Shown: piece after piece, positions 10,201 through 20,700 of the stretch
How positions within the stretch are numbered: position 1 is the stretch's first letter
Layout: each line of letters starts with the position of its first letter
NCBI GenBank assembly: GCA_050250895.1
Contig: JBFWNU010000012.1
Location: 1 to 64,000 of the forward strand
DNA: 64,000 bases
Direction: 5' to 3'
Source: Vulcanimicrobiota bacterium
GTDB taxonomy: Bacteria > Vulcanimicrobiota > Xenobia > Xenobiales > JADMJV01
Notes under the pieces: model-generated
Databases searched by the model: none
Told to the model about the DNA's origin: nothing
Seen by the model: only the letters and a program-made list of their open reading frames with translations
Position numbers and translations under genes: made by a program

Positions 10201-10567
10201 CGTCGAGGGGGCTGGCGCTTACTTCCATGAGGTCATCGCGGCCGGGGTTCCCGTTCCCAGAAACGGATTGAGGGCCACTCTGCACGGTGTGGTGCTGGCC
10301 CCCGGGGAGAACTATCTGCAGATTCTCGAGAATGCCGGCTATGAGGATTCGCTGGTGGTCAATGGTGGCCCCAACCCCGACGTGGGCGTCGTGCGCCAGG
10401 CAACCGTCACGGTGCCGCAAGAGGCCGATCCCCTGGACCTCGAAGAGGTGGAGGTCGAGTTTATTCTGGGACCAGACCTGAGCCTCGAACTCGAGGTCAG
10501 GGTCCACGGGCTCGACCCCATCCGGCTAGACACCATACCCTCTTCAGAGATGGGAACGCGATACTGA
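7274..10567 (+). CDS. Non-canonical Hsp70-family protein with N-terminal Zn-ribbon and beta-sandwich (Ig-like) domains, ~1,097 aa
   Basis: CLEPEC...CAWC at the N-terminus; Hsp70 motifs IDLGTSNT, AKRYLG, EPIGAAL, YDFGGGTLD, GDRWLGGEDV, VGRASKLP, CVVEGAA. Confidence 0.88.
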   Translation: MLNCLEPECIGWHLLPSDQFCAWCGSQLAELSMVFEEKVGEAWHRLEPPLLVRDQRPALRLVIRHVGRSGSVGFDPARIECSASWFGLDLSQVKQKVLRSGDEVTIPVNRLKVPGKDDSFQEARIRFGSGKVQASVTVLFVPAPIFQLELASETILLLPDETAVIDASLRITQGKAVLVNPPSFRGRWVELEFESENLFPLELDARGKSRLPMRLRVHDDTVQQLRESALGRQQETLRRGGLLSLAGMLPKVGEQEPQLPVEVSFLLGPELFVEPFRERSRLDVTRVRGLQDEQELILKISNGTPGTRGRIELVVRHLDVEYGRGGTDWVEFSPDAFPMQIGSGESRELKLRLLGHRVAEQDTARLAFVSNDPAGRDYFLRLEMRPAAPYPGWVVIDLGTSNTCAALVDANQAAELVEFEREQVEATNLPSVICYLELARQRLYEVGTWAWERSTHPAAARSVVVAAKRYLGDEHRFEVVPVDEPAETFELAAEDVVTDLLAYTLKSATEMLLKRDTSGVVLNRVLICHPSRFSVHQIEQLKAAVIRAQRHLLGPDQELEEPRTLQEPIGAALHFLNRWESHAWVHQRKNSDEAEYSLLVYDFGGGTLDITLVRVRSRRRVRDASGSPAALTESLADWVRERCEELAGPRYQVTSEQAEANDYLIDKFVASMVAALGGGETVVGLVDNPLVGEKLTLTLERDGEEVEKSFARNRLLERSGELEQLVAQRAVAEEHPYSYTVEPEVLGATGDRWLGGEDVTAITQQLLADRLLAAVREVEPDSTVVLPLGEELEAPEMALTGRRNLNLLRNWAERLKVLLSEGAGEEAIRSTFQSVHFWVDGAEQLIPGTVLWKQAGYPSLDEIQRGIAPRLEGSVAIVARLLEQHQQDEPEVVLRVGRASKLPLVEQVLQKAYPRARHLAPERAKQCVVEGAATFPIPGHAGGGVQLSRGARRAGVRVRLRSNSLVATTSRLGLKVVEGAGAYFHEVIAAGVPVPRNGLRATLHGVVLAPGENYLQILENAGYEDSLVVNGGPNPDVGVVRQATVTVPQEADPLDLEEVEVEFILGPDLSLELEVRVHGLDPIRLDTIPSSEMGTRY

Positions 10568-11097
10568 TGCAAGAAAGACTGCAACGCCTGGAAGCAAGGG
10601 TGCTCGAGCTGGAACGGCGCCTGGCCCGACTCGAAGGCACGCCGGCACCCAGCGAAGCTGCTACCAGCCGTCTGACCGAACTGCTCGACGAATTGCTCGA
10701 GCAGGCGCCCAGCAAGTTGGCCCGGAGCATCGGCCCCACCTGTCGCGAGGCGCGCGAATTGAGCTTGCAGGATCAAAGCGATGCCCGCGAACGGCTGGCC
10801 AGCCAGCTGATTCCCGAATTGGTGGAGTTGTGCGAGAATGTGCGCCGCACCGAGTCGACCGGCGAACTCTTCTACGAGACCCTCGAGAGCCGGCTCGACG
10901 CCATCATGGCCGAGTGCGGGCTCGAGCCCATTCGTCCGGCTCGAGGCGACGGGTTCCAGACTGTTTTGCACAACGCCGTGCGGGTCGTGCGGGGCAGCGA
11001 ACGCGACAGCCGCGACACTATCGAACTATGCCTGAGCCCCGGCTTTCGCTGGAAGGGCAACCTGCTCAAGAAGGCTGAGGTCACGGTTTTTCTCTAG
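10567..11097 (+). CDS. GrpE-like nucleotide exchange factor
   Basis: Helical N-terminus, then GLEPIRP.RGDGFQTVLHNAV...CLSPGFRWKGNLLKKAEVTV, matching the GrpE beta-domain pattern; TGATG overlap with the Hsp70 gene. Confidence 0.8.
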   Translation: MQERLQRLEARVLELERRLARLEGTPAPSEAATSRLTELLDELLEQAPSKLARSIGPTCREARELSLQDQSDARERLASQLIPELVELCENVRRTESTGELFYETLESRLDAIMAECGLEPIRPARGDGFQTVLHNAVRVVRGSERDSRDTIELCLSPGFRWKGNLLKKAEVTVFL

Positions 11098-11765
11098 TCA
11101 TGGGTGGCGCGGCCGTCGCCGCTGATGGGGATGACTTCGCCCCCATAGACGGGTTTGCGACGGGTGTTGACTTCTAGAAAGGCTTTCAGGCGGGCGGCCA
11201 GTTCGCGCAGGCGCAAGTAGGGCTCGGAAGGGTAGCGAGACAGGTCAGCCGAGACCCCATGGGCCTCGAGTCCGAGCGAGCGAGCGATATAGACGGCCCG
11301 GGGCAGGTGAAAGTCCTGGGTCACCACCAGCACACTCTTCACCTCGAACACATCGCGGGCGCGCACCATCGAGTCATAGGTGTCAAAACCGGCATGGTCC
11401 ATGAAGATGTCTTCGGGCGGAACTCCCCGCTCTTCGAGGAAGAGACGCATGGCGTTCACCTCATCATAGTCTGGCCGCCCGTGGTCTCCGCTCACGAGCA
11501 ACTTGGGGACCAGACCTTGACGGTAGAGCTGCAACCCCTGGGCCAGCCGGTCACGCAGGATGCCCGAGACCTGACCATCTTCATGGACGAAGGCACCCAG
11601 AATGAGGGCCGCCTCGGCCCTGGGTGCCTGGGATGCGGCCACGATCCGGGCCGAGCCACGAGCGCTCACGTAGAGATTGACGCCCACCACACCGAGGAGG
11701 CTGGTAGCCACCAGACCGAGAGCTAGCATCAAGAGTCTCTTGAGGATTCCGCCGGGCCACTGCAT
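11094..11765 (-). CDS. sanA: SanA/YdcF (DUF218, ElyC-like) family protein
   Basis: N-terminal TM; ILGA...L.DRL...LLVSGD...YDEVNAM...DHAGFDTYDS...VTQDFHLPRA. Confidence 0.88.
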   Translation of the reverse strand: MQWPGGILKRLLMLALGLVATSLLGVVGVNLYVSARGSARIVAASQAPRAEAALILGAFVHEDGQVSGILRDRLAQGLQLYRQGLVPKLLVSGDHGRPDYDEVNAMRLFLEERGVPPEDIFMDHAGFDTYDSMVRARDVFEVKSVLVVTQDFHLPRAVYIARSLGLEAHGVSADLSRYPSEPYLRLRELAARLKAFLEVNTRRKPVYGGEVIPISGDGRATHD

Positions 11766-14700
11766 TAGCGCATGCTGGCGTCGTCGTCGTCTTCCTCTTC
11801 GATGGGGATCTCGCCCAGTTCAGCCAGGTTCAGGTCTAGAATCAGGTCCAGGCTAAACTCGCCCGAGGCCAGCTTAGCCAGCGATACCGGAATCTCGGCC
11901 AGTTTCTGCAGGTCGGTGTTGAGCAGTTCGTTGAGGTTGAGCAACGGGTCCCGCACCAGGATCAAGGTGATCGGCAACTCGCCGTACTCGGCCACATCCA
12001 GGTCGAGCACGTCGTCGGCGCTCAGATTCTCGTCCATCATCTTAGGATCTTTGGTCAGCTCGTACTTGAGATTGACCGGAATCTCGCTCATCTCGTCGAT
12101 GCCGAGGTCAAGCAGGGCATCGGCCGAGAGGTCGAGAGCCATGATGATGCGATCCGAAGCCGGGTCATAATAGAGGCTAACCTTGACGTCGCCCATCTCA
12201 CCGATGTCAAGATCGAGCAGGTCGTCGGCGCTCATATCCTCGCTGTGGTTGAGCTCCTGGTCGTAGGGACTCGGCTTTTGCAGGGTGACCTTGATGTCGC
12301 CGTATTCGTCGATGCTGATGTTGAGGATCAGCTCGGTGTTGAGGTCTTCGTCGAACAAGTTGTTGATCTGTCCGATGAAGTCGGTGGGGCTGGTCGGCGT
12401 CGGGCTCGAGTCGCCGCCGTTCGAGCCGGTGTCGGTGTCAAGATTGCCGTTAGAGCCGATGTCGTCAATGATGCCCGGATCAAGGGGCGGGTCCACGATG
12501 GGGGCCACGAACGTCAGGTCGACGCCGTTGAAGAAGACTTTCCCGGGAGTGCCGGCGCCGATGAAGACGCTGCCGACCACGCTGCCGGTGAAGGTTACCG
12601 AAGTGCCGTTGAACAGGTCTTCCGTAGTCACGGTGATGTCACCGCCGACCTGCACTTCTAAGGGGGTCTCGCCGTCGAGAGGGGTGATGACCCCGCCAGC
12701 CGTGAGAGCCACGTTAGTGCCTGCCTGGATGTAGCCTGGGCCGACCGTCAGGATGTCGCCGGTGGCGAAGAGCTGCAAAGCCGCGCCGCTGGTCATCGTG
12801 TCGACGAAGACATCGCCTTCGTTGCGGATGACCACATCGCCGTTGAGCGAGGTGGCGTAGAGGCTGGAAAGATCTCCGACGTTGCGAACCACCACGCCGG
12901 TGTTGGCCGTAGCCGTCAGCTGGTTGGTCTCGGTGTGGACGTCGATGAAGCCCAGGGGGGCGGCCATGATCACGTTGGCGGCGTAGATGGTGTTGGAAAC
13001 TTCTACGATGTTGCCGGTGCTCGCGGTCAGGTCGACTGTGCCGCTGCCGGCGTTGATGGTGTTGACCGTCAGAGTGTTGCCGGTCACCACCGTCACGTTG
13101 CCGTTCGTGGTGTTGGTGGTCAGGGTGAGCGCGTCGGCCTCATTGACCGAAAGGTTGCCGTTGGCGGTGGTCGCGTTGAGCGAGGTCAGGTTGGTGGTCA
13201 GGGTGGCATTGCCGCCGTTGGTAGCCACCGTGGCATTGTTGCCGCGCACGCTGGTGCCGACCAGGTCACCGTTGGTGGTAACCAGGACGTTGCCGGTGGT
13301 GTTGGTCGCCAGGTTCATCGAATCGGTCTCGTTGACGGTGATGTTGCCGCCCGAGGTCGCGTTGAGGGTGTTGACCGTGGTGGTCAAATTCGTGGTGGTA
13401 TTGGCGTTGGTGGTCAGCGTGTTAGCCGTGACATTGCCCGTGATGGCTCCGACCGAAGTGGTCAGGCCGGCGTTGCCGGGAGTGGTCAGGCTGTTGACCG
13501 TGAGGGGCCCACCCGTGCGCACGTCGACGGCGCCGCCAGCGTTGGCGTTGAGGGTGAGGGCGTTCGCCTCGTTGAGGGTCAGGTTGCCGCCGGCCTGGCT
13601 GTTGGCGGTAGCCACGTTGGTGACCAGGTTGGTGGAGCCGGCCGAGTTGGTGGTCAGGGTGTTGGTGACCACCGTGCCGCCGGTGATGTTGCCGCTGGTC
13701 GTGGTCAAGTTGACGCCGGTGGGGGCCGACACGCCGTTGACGGTCATGGTGCCGCCCGAGGTGACGTTGACGCTACCAACGGTGGTGTTGGCGGTCAGGT
13801 TGACGGCGTCGGTTTCGCCGATGGTGATGTTACCATTGGCGATGGCTACCAGCGTGCCGACGTTGGTCATCGCGCTGATCGAGCCGGCCGAGTTCAGGGT
13901 CAAGAAATTCGAAGTGGTGGTACCCGAGCTGGTGATGTTGCCACTGGTGGTGGTCACGCTCATGGTGGTGAAGTTGCCCAGGCTGGCCAGGTCGACCGTA
14001 TCGCCCAGCACCAGGCTGAAGTCGCCCGGGCCGGTGGCGCTGATCGAGAGGCCATCGGTCTCGTTAATGGCGATGTTCTGGCCCACCGTCACGTTCATAG
14101 TGTTGACGGTGGTGGTCAGGTTCAGGCTGTTGGCGGCATTCACGCTCAGGCTGTTGGCGACGACCGGGCCGCCGGTGACATCACCCATCGTGGTGGTCAG
14201 ACTGGCGTTGCCGGTGGTGTTCAGGCCGTTGACGTTGAGAGTGTTGCCGGCCGTGACGTTGGCCTGGCCGCTACCCAGGTTGGCCGTTAAATTCAGGCCA
14301 TCGGTCTCGTTGACGGTGAGGTTGCCGTTGGAAGTGGTGGCGACCAGGTTGGTGAGGCTGGTGTTAAGGGTGGCGTTGCCGCCGTTGGTGTTGAAAGTTC
14401 CGGTGTTGCCGGCCACGCTGGTGCCGGTCAGGTCGCCATTGGTGGTGACGGTGACATTGCCGGTAGTGTTGGTCGACAGCGTCAGCGAGTCGGTCTCGTT
14501 GAGGGTGATGTTGCCACCGGCGATAGCGTTGAGGGTGTCGACCGTGGTGTTGAGGTTGGTCGAGCCAGCCGAATTGGTGTTGACGGTCGTGCCGGTGAGT
14601 TGGCCGCCACTGATGTTGCCCGAGGTGGTGGTCAAGTTGGTGGTGCCGGTCACGTTAGTGTTGCCCAGCGTCATCGTTCCACCCGCGGTCACGTCAGCGT

Positions 14701-17700
14701 TGCCGCCCACGGTGCCGCTCAGGTTGAGGGCGTTGGTCTCGTTGATGCTGAGGTCTTCGCCCGTGGCCGCCACCAGGCTGACCACGCTGGTGTTCAGGCT
14801 GGCGTTGCCGGCCGAGGTCACGGTCAGGGTGTTGGTGGTCACCGGGCCGCCGTTGATGTCACCACTGGTGGTGGTGAGAGCGGTGTTGCCCGAGGTGGCG
14901 GTGACGCCGTTGACGGTGATGGTGCCGCCGGCGGTCACGTCGACATCGCCAGTGGTGGAGGTGGCCGTCAGGGCCAGGGCGTCGGCTTCGTCGACCGTCA
15001 GGTTGCCCACCGAGGTGGCTACCAGGGTGCCCACGTTGGTCATCACGTCGATGAGGCCGGCCGAGTTCAGGGTCAGGTTGTTGGCCGTGGTGGTGCCCGA
15101 CGAGGTGATGTTGCCGGTGGTGGTAGTCACCGACATGTTATTGAAGTTGCCCAGGGTGCCCAGGTCGACCGAGTCGCCCAGGGTCAGGGTGAAATCTTGG
15201 GTGCCGGTGGCGTTGATGGCCAGGCCGTCGGTCTCGTTGATGGTGATGTTGCCGTTGACGGCGACCACGTTGAGGGTGTTGACGGTGGTGTTGAGGTTGA
15301 CGTTGTCGTCGGCGGTGGCGTTGAGGTTGTTGGCCACCACCTGACCGCCGGTCAAATCGCCCATCGCCGTGGTGAGGTTGACGTTGCCGGTGGTGTTGAC
15401 GCCGATGACGGCCATCGCGTCGCCGCTGTTGACGGTGATGGTGCCGCCGCCGGTGGACACGGCCGCCAGCGTCAAGCTGTCGGTCTCGTTGGCCAGGATG
15501 TCGCCGCCAGCAGTGGCGTTGAGGGTGCCCACGGTGGTGTTGAGGCTGGTGTTGCCGGCCGAGTTGGTGGTCAGCACGTTGGTGGTGACCGGGCCGCCGG
15601 TGATGTCGCCGCTGGAAGTGGTCAGGTCTACATCGCCAGCGTTGGCACTCACGTTGTTGACGGTGATGGTGCCACCGGCGTTCACGTCGACACTGCCGCC
15701 GGTGGAGGTCGCGTTGAGGGCGACCGCGTCGGCTTCGTTGATGGCCAGGTCGCCGACCGAGGTGGCCACCAGGGTGCCCACGTCGGTAATAAGATTGAGG
15801 GTGCCGGCCGAGTTGGCCGTCAGCATGTTGGCGGTCACCGTGCCGCCGGTGATGTTGCCACTGGTGGTGGTGAGGGTGGCGTTGCCGGTGGTGGTGGCGT
15901 TGGCCACCGTCAGGCTGCCTCCGGCGGTGACGTCGATCTCGCCGCTGCCCGTGTTGGCGTTGAGCGTGAGGGCGTCGCTCTCGTTGACGGTCAGGTTGCC
16001 GTTCGAGGTGGTGGCCACCATGGTGGTGAGGCTGGTATTGAGGGTGGCGTTGCCGCCGTTGGTGGTGAACGTTCCCGTGTTGCCGGCGATGCTGGTGCCG
16101 GTGACATCCCCGTTGGTGATGACGTTGACGTTGCCGCTGGTGTTGGTGGACAGGGTCAGGGCATCGGTCTCGTTGAGGGTGATGTCGCCACCGGCCACCG
16201 CATTCACGGTGTCGACGGTGGTATTAAGATTGGTGTTGCCGGCCGAGTTGGTGGTCACCGTAGTGCCGGTCAACAGGCCGCCGCTGATGTCGCCGCTGGT
16301 GGTGGTCAGGTCGGTGGTGCCGGTGACGGTGGTGTTGCCCAGGGTCATCGAACCGCCCGAGGTGACGTCGGCATCGCCGCCGACGGTGCCGCTCAGGTTG
16401 AGGGCGTCGGTCTCGTTGACGGTGAGGTTGTCGGTGGTGTTGGCCACCAGGCTGACCACGCTGGTGTTCAGGCTGGCGTTGCCGGCCGAGGTCACGGTCA
16501 GGGTGTTGGTGGCCACCGGGCCGCCGTTGATGTCGCCACTGGTGGTGGTCAGCGCAGCGTTACCCGAGGTGGCGCTCACGCCGTTGACGGTGATGGTGCC
16601 GCCAGCGGTCACGTCGACATCGCCGGTGGTGGAGGTGGCCGTCAGGGCCAGAGCATCGGCTTCGTTGACGGTGAGGTTGCCCACCGAAGTGGCTACCAGG
16701 GTGCCGACATCGGTCATCACGTTGATGAGCCCGGCCGAGTTCAGGGTCAGGTTGTTGGCCGTGGTGGTGCCCGACGAGGTGATGTTGCCGGTGGTGGTGG
16801 TGACCGACATGTTATTGAAGTTGCCCAGGGTGCCCAGGTCGACCGAGTCGCCCAGGGTCAGGGTGAAATCTTGGCTGCCGGTGGCGTTGATGGCCAGACC
16901 GTCGGTCTCGTTGATGGTGATGTTGCCGTTGACGGCGACCACGTAGAGGGTGTTGACGGTGGTGTTGAGGTTGACGTTGTCGTCGGCGGTGGCGTTGAGG
17001 TTGTTGGCCACTACCTGACCGCCGGTCAAATCACCCATGGCCGTGGTCAGGTTGACGTTGCCGGTGGTGTTGACGCCAATGACGGCCATCGCGTCGCCGC
17101 TGTTGACGGTGATGGTGCCGCCCCCGGTGGACACGGCCGCCAGGGTCAAGCTGTCGGTTTCGTTAGCCAGGATGTCGCCGCCGGCGGTGGCGTTGAGGGT
17201 GCCCACGGTGGTGTTGAGGCTGGTGTTGCCGGCCGAGTTGGTGGTCAGCACGTTGGTGGTGACCGGGCCGCCGGTGATGTCGCCAGCCGAGGTGGTCAGG
17301 TCGGCGTTGCCCGAGGTGGCACTCACGTTGTTGACGGTGATGGTGCCACCGGCGTTCACGTCGACACTGCCGCCGGTCGAGGTCGCGTTGAGGGCGACCG
17401 CGTCGGCTTCGTTGACGGCCAGGTCGCCGACCGAGGTGGCCACCAGGGTGCCCACGTCGGTAATAAGATTGAGAGTGCCGGCCGAGTTGGCCGTCAACAT
17501 GTTGGCGGTCACGGTGCCGCCGGTGATGTTGCCACTGGTGGTGGTGAGGGTGGCGTTGCCGGTGGTGGTGGCGTTGGCCACGGTCAGGCTGCCTCCGGCG
17601 GTGACATCGATCTCGCCGCTGCCGGTGTCGGCATTGAGGGTGAGGGCGTCGCTCTCGTTGACGGTGAGGTTGCCGTTCGAGGTAGTGGCCACCAGGGTGG

Positions 17701-20700
17701 TGAGGCTGGTATTGAGGGTGGCGTTGCCGCCGTTGGTGGTGAACGTTCCCGTGTTGCCAGCGATGCTGGTGCCGGTCACATCCCCGTTGGTGATGACGTT
17801 GACGTTGCCCGTGGTGTTGGTCGACAGCGTCAGGGCATCGGTCTCGTTGAGAGTGATGTCGCCACCGGCCACCGCATTCACGGTGTCGACGGTGGTATTA
17901 AGATTGGTGTTGCCGGCCGAGTTGGTGTTCACCGTAGTGCCGGTCAACAGGCCGCCGCTGATGTCGCCGCTGGTGGTGGTCAGGTCGGTGGTGCCGGTGA
18001 CGGTGGTATTGCCCAGGGTCATCGAACCGCCCGAGGTGACATCGGCATCGCCGCCCACCGTGCCGCTCAGGTTGAGGGCGTCGGTCTCGTTGACGGTGAG
18101 GTTGTCGGTGGTGTTGGCCACCAGGTTGGTGACGGTGGTGTTCAGGCTGGCGTTGCCGGCCGAGGTCACCGTCAGGGTGTTGGTGGCCACCGGGCCGCCG
18201 TTGATGTCACCACTGGTGGTGGTCAGCGCAGCGTTACCCGAGGTGGCGCTCACGCCGTTGACGGTGATGGTGCCGCCAGCGGTCACGTCGACATCGCCAG
18301 TGGTGGAGGTGGCCGTCAGGGCCAGGGCGTCGGCTTCGTTGACGGTGAGGTTGCCCACCGAGCTCGCCACCAGGGTGCCCACATCGGTCATCACGTTGAT
18401 GAGGCCGGCCGAGTTGAGGTTCAAGTTATTGGCCGTGGTGGTGCCCGACGAAGTGATGTTGCCGGTGGTGGTGGTGACCGACATGTTGTTGAAGTTGCCC
18501 AGGGTGCCCAGGTCGACCGAGTCGCCCAGGGTCAGGGTGAAATCTTGGGTGCCGGTGGCGTTGATGGCCAGGCCATCGGTCTCGTTGATGGTGATGTTGC
18601 CGTTGACGGCGACCACGTTGAGGGTGTTGACCGTGGTGTTGAGGTTGACGTTGTCGTTGGCGGTGGCGTTGAGGTTGTTGGCCACCACCTGACCGCCGGT
18701 CAAATCGCCCATCGCCGTGGTGAGGTTGACGTTGCCGGTGGTGTTGACGCCGATCACGGCCATCGCGTCGCCGCTGTTGACGGTGACGGTGCCGCCGCCG
18801 GTGGACACGGCCGCCAGCGTCAAGCTGTCGGTTTCGTTAGCCAGGATGTCGCCGCCGGCGGTGGCGTTGAGGGTGCCCACGGTGGTGTTGAGGCTGGTGT
18901 TGCCGGCCGAGTTGGTGGTCAGCACGTTGGTGGTGACCGGTCCGCCGGTGATGTCGCCAGCCGAGGTGGTCAGGTCGGCGTTGCCCGAGGTGGCACTCAC
19001 GTTGTTGACGGTGATGGTGCCACCGGCGCTCACGTCGACACTGCCGCCGGTCGAGGTCGCGTTGAGGGCGACCGCGTCGGCTTCGTTGATGGCCAGGTCG
19101 CCGACCGAGGTGGCCACCAGGGTGCCCACGTCGGTAATAAGATTGAGGGTGCCGGCCGAGTTGGCCGTTAGCATGTTGGCGGTCACGGTGCCGCCGGTGA
19201 TGTTGCCACTGGTGGTGGTGAGGGTGGCGTTGCCGGTGGTGGTGGCGTTGGCCACCGTCAGGCTGCCTCCGGCGGTGACGTCGATCTCGCCGCTGCCGGT
19301 GTCGGCGTTGAGGGTGAGGGCGTCGCTCTCGTTGACGGTCAGGTTGCCGTTCGAGGTGGTGGCCACCAGGGTGGTGAGGCTGGTATTGAGGGTGGCGTTG
19401 CCGCCGTTGGTGGTGAAAGTTCCCGTGTTGCCGGCGATGCTGGTGCCGGTGACATCCCCGTTGGTGATGACGTTGACGTTGCCGCTGGTGTTGGTGGACA
19501 GGGTCAGGGCATCGGTCTCGTTGAGGGTGATGTCGCCACCGGCCACCGCATTCACGGTGTCGACGGTGGTATTAAGATTGGTGTTGCCGGCCGAGTTGGT
19601 GGTCACCGTAGTGCCGGTCAACAGGCCGCCGCTGATGTCGCCGCTGGTGGTGGTCAGGTCGGTGGTGCCGGTGACGGTGGTGTTGCCCAGGGTCATCGAA
19701 CCGCCCGAGGTGACGTCGGCATCGCCGCCGACGGTGCCGCTCAGGTTGAGGGCGTCGGTCTCGTTGACGGTGAGGTTGTCGGTGGTGTTGGCCACCAGGC
19801 TGACCACGCTGGTGTTCAGGCTGGCGTTGCCGGCCGAGGTCACGGTCAGGGTGTTGGTGGCCACCGGGCCGCCGTTGATGTCACCACTGGTGGTGGTCAG
19901 CGCAGCGTTACCCGAGGTGGCGCTCACGCCGTTGACGGTGATGGTGCCGCCAGCGGTCACGTCCACATTGCCGGTAGTCGAGGTGGCCGTCAGAGCCAGC
20001 GCATCGGCCTCGTCGACGGTCAGGTCGCCCACCGAGGTGGCCACCAGAGTGCCGACATCGGTCATCACGTTGATGAGGCCGGCCGAGTTGAGGTTCAAGT
20101 TGTTGGCCGTGGCGGTGCCCGACGAGGTGATGTTGCCGGTGGTGGTGGTGACCGACATGTTGTTGAAGTTACCCAGGGTCGACAGGTCGACCGAGTCGCC
20201 CAGGGTCAGGGTGAAATCTTGGGTGCCGGTGGCGTTGATGGCCAGGCCATCGGTCTCGTTGATGGTGATGTTGCCGTTGACGGCGACCACGTTGAGGGTG
20301 TTGACGGTGGTGTTGAGGTTGACGTTGTCGTCGGCGGTGGCGTTGAGATTGTTGGCCACCACCTGACCGCCGGTCAAATCGCCCATCGCCGTGGTGAGGT
20401 TGACGTTGCCGGTGGTGGTGACGCCGATCACGGCCATCGCGTCGCCGCTGTTGACGGTGACGGTGCCGCCGCCGGTGGACACGGCCGCCAGGGTCAAGCT
20501 GTCGGTTTCGTTAGCCAGGATGTCGCCGCCGGCGGTGGCGTTGAGGGTGCCCACGGTGGTGTTGAGGCTGGTGTTGCCGGCCGAGTTGGTGGTCAGCACG
20601 TTGGTGGTGACCGGGCCGCCGGTGATGTCGCCGCTGGAAGTGGTCAGGTCTACATCGCCAGCGTTGGCACTCACGTTGTTGACGGTGATGGTGCCACCGG

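Noticed and set aside
16944-16949. Single Asn-to-Tyr variant in one adhesin repeat copy
   Set aside because: An isolated point change or sequencing error that leaves the frame intact; no sign of targeted diversification and no reverse transcriptase nearby
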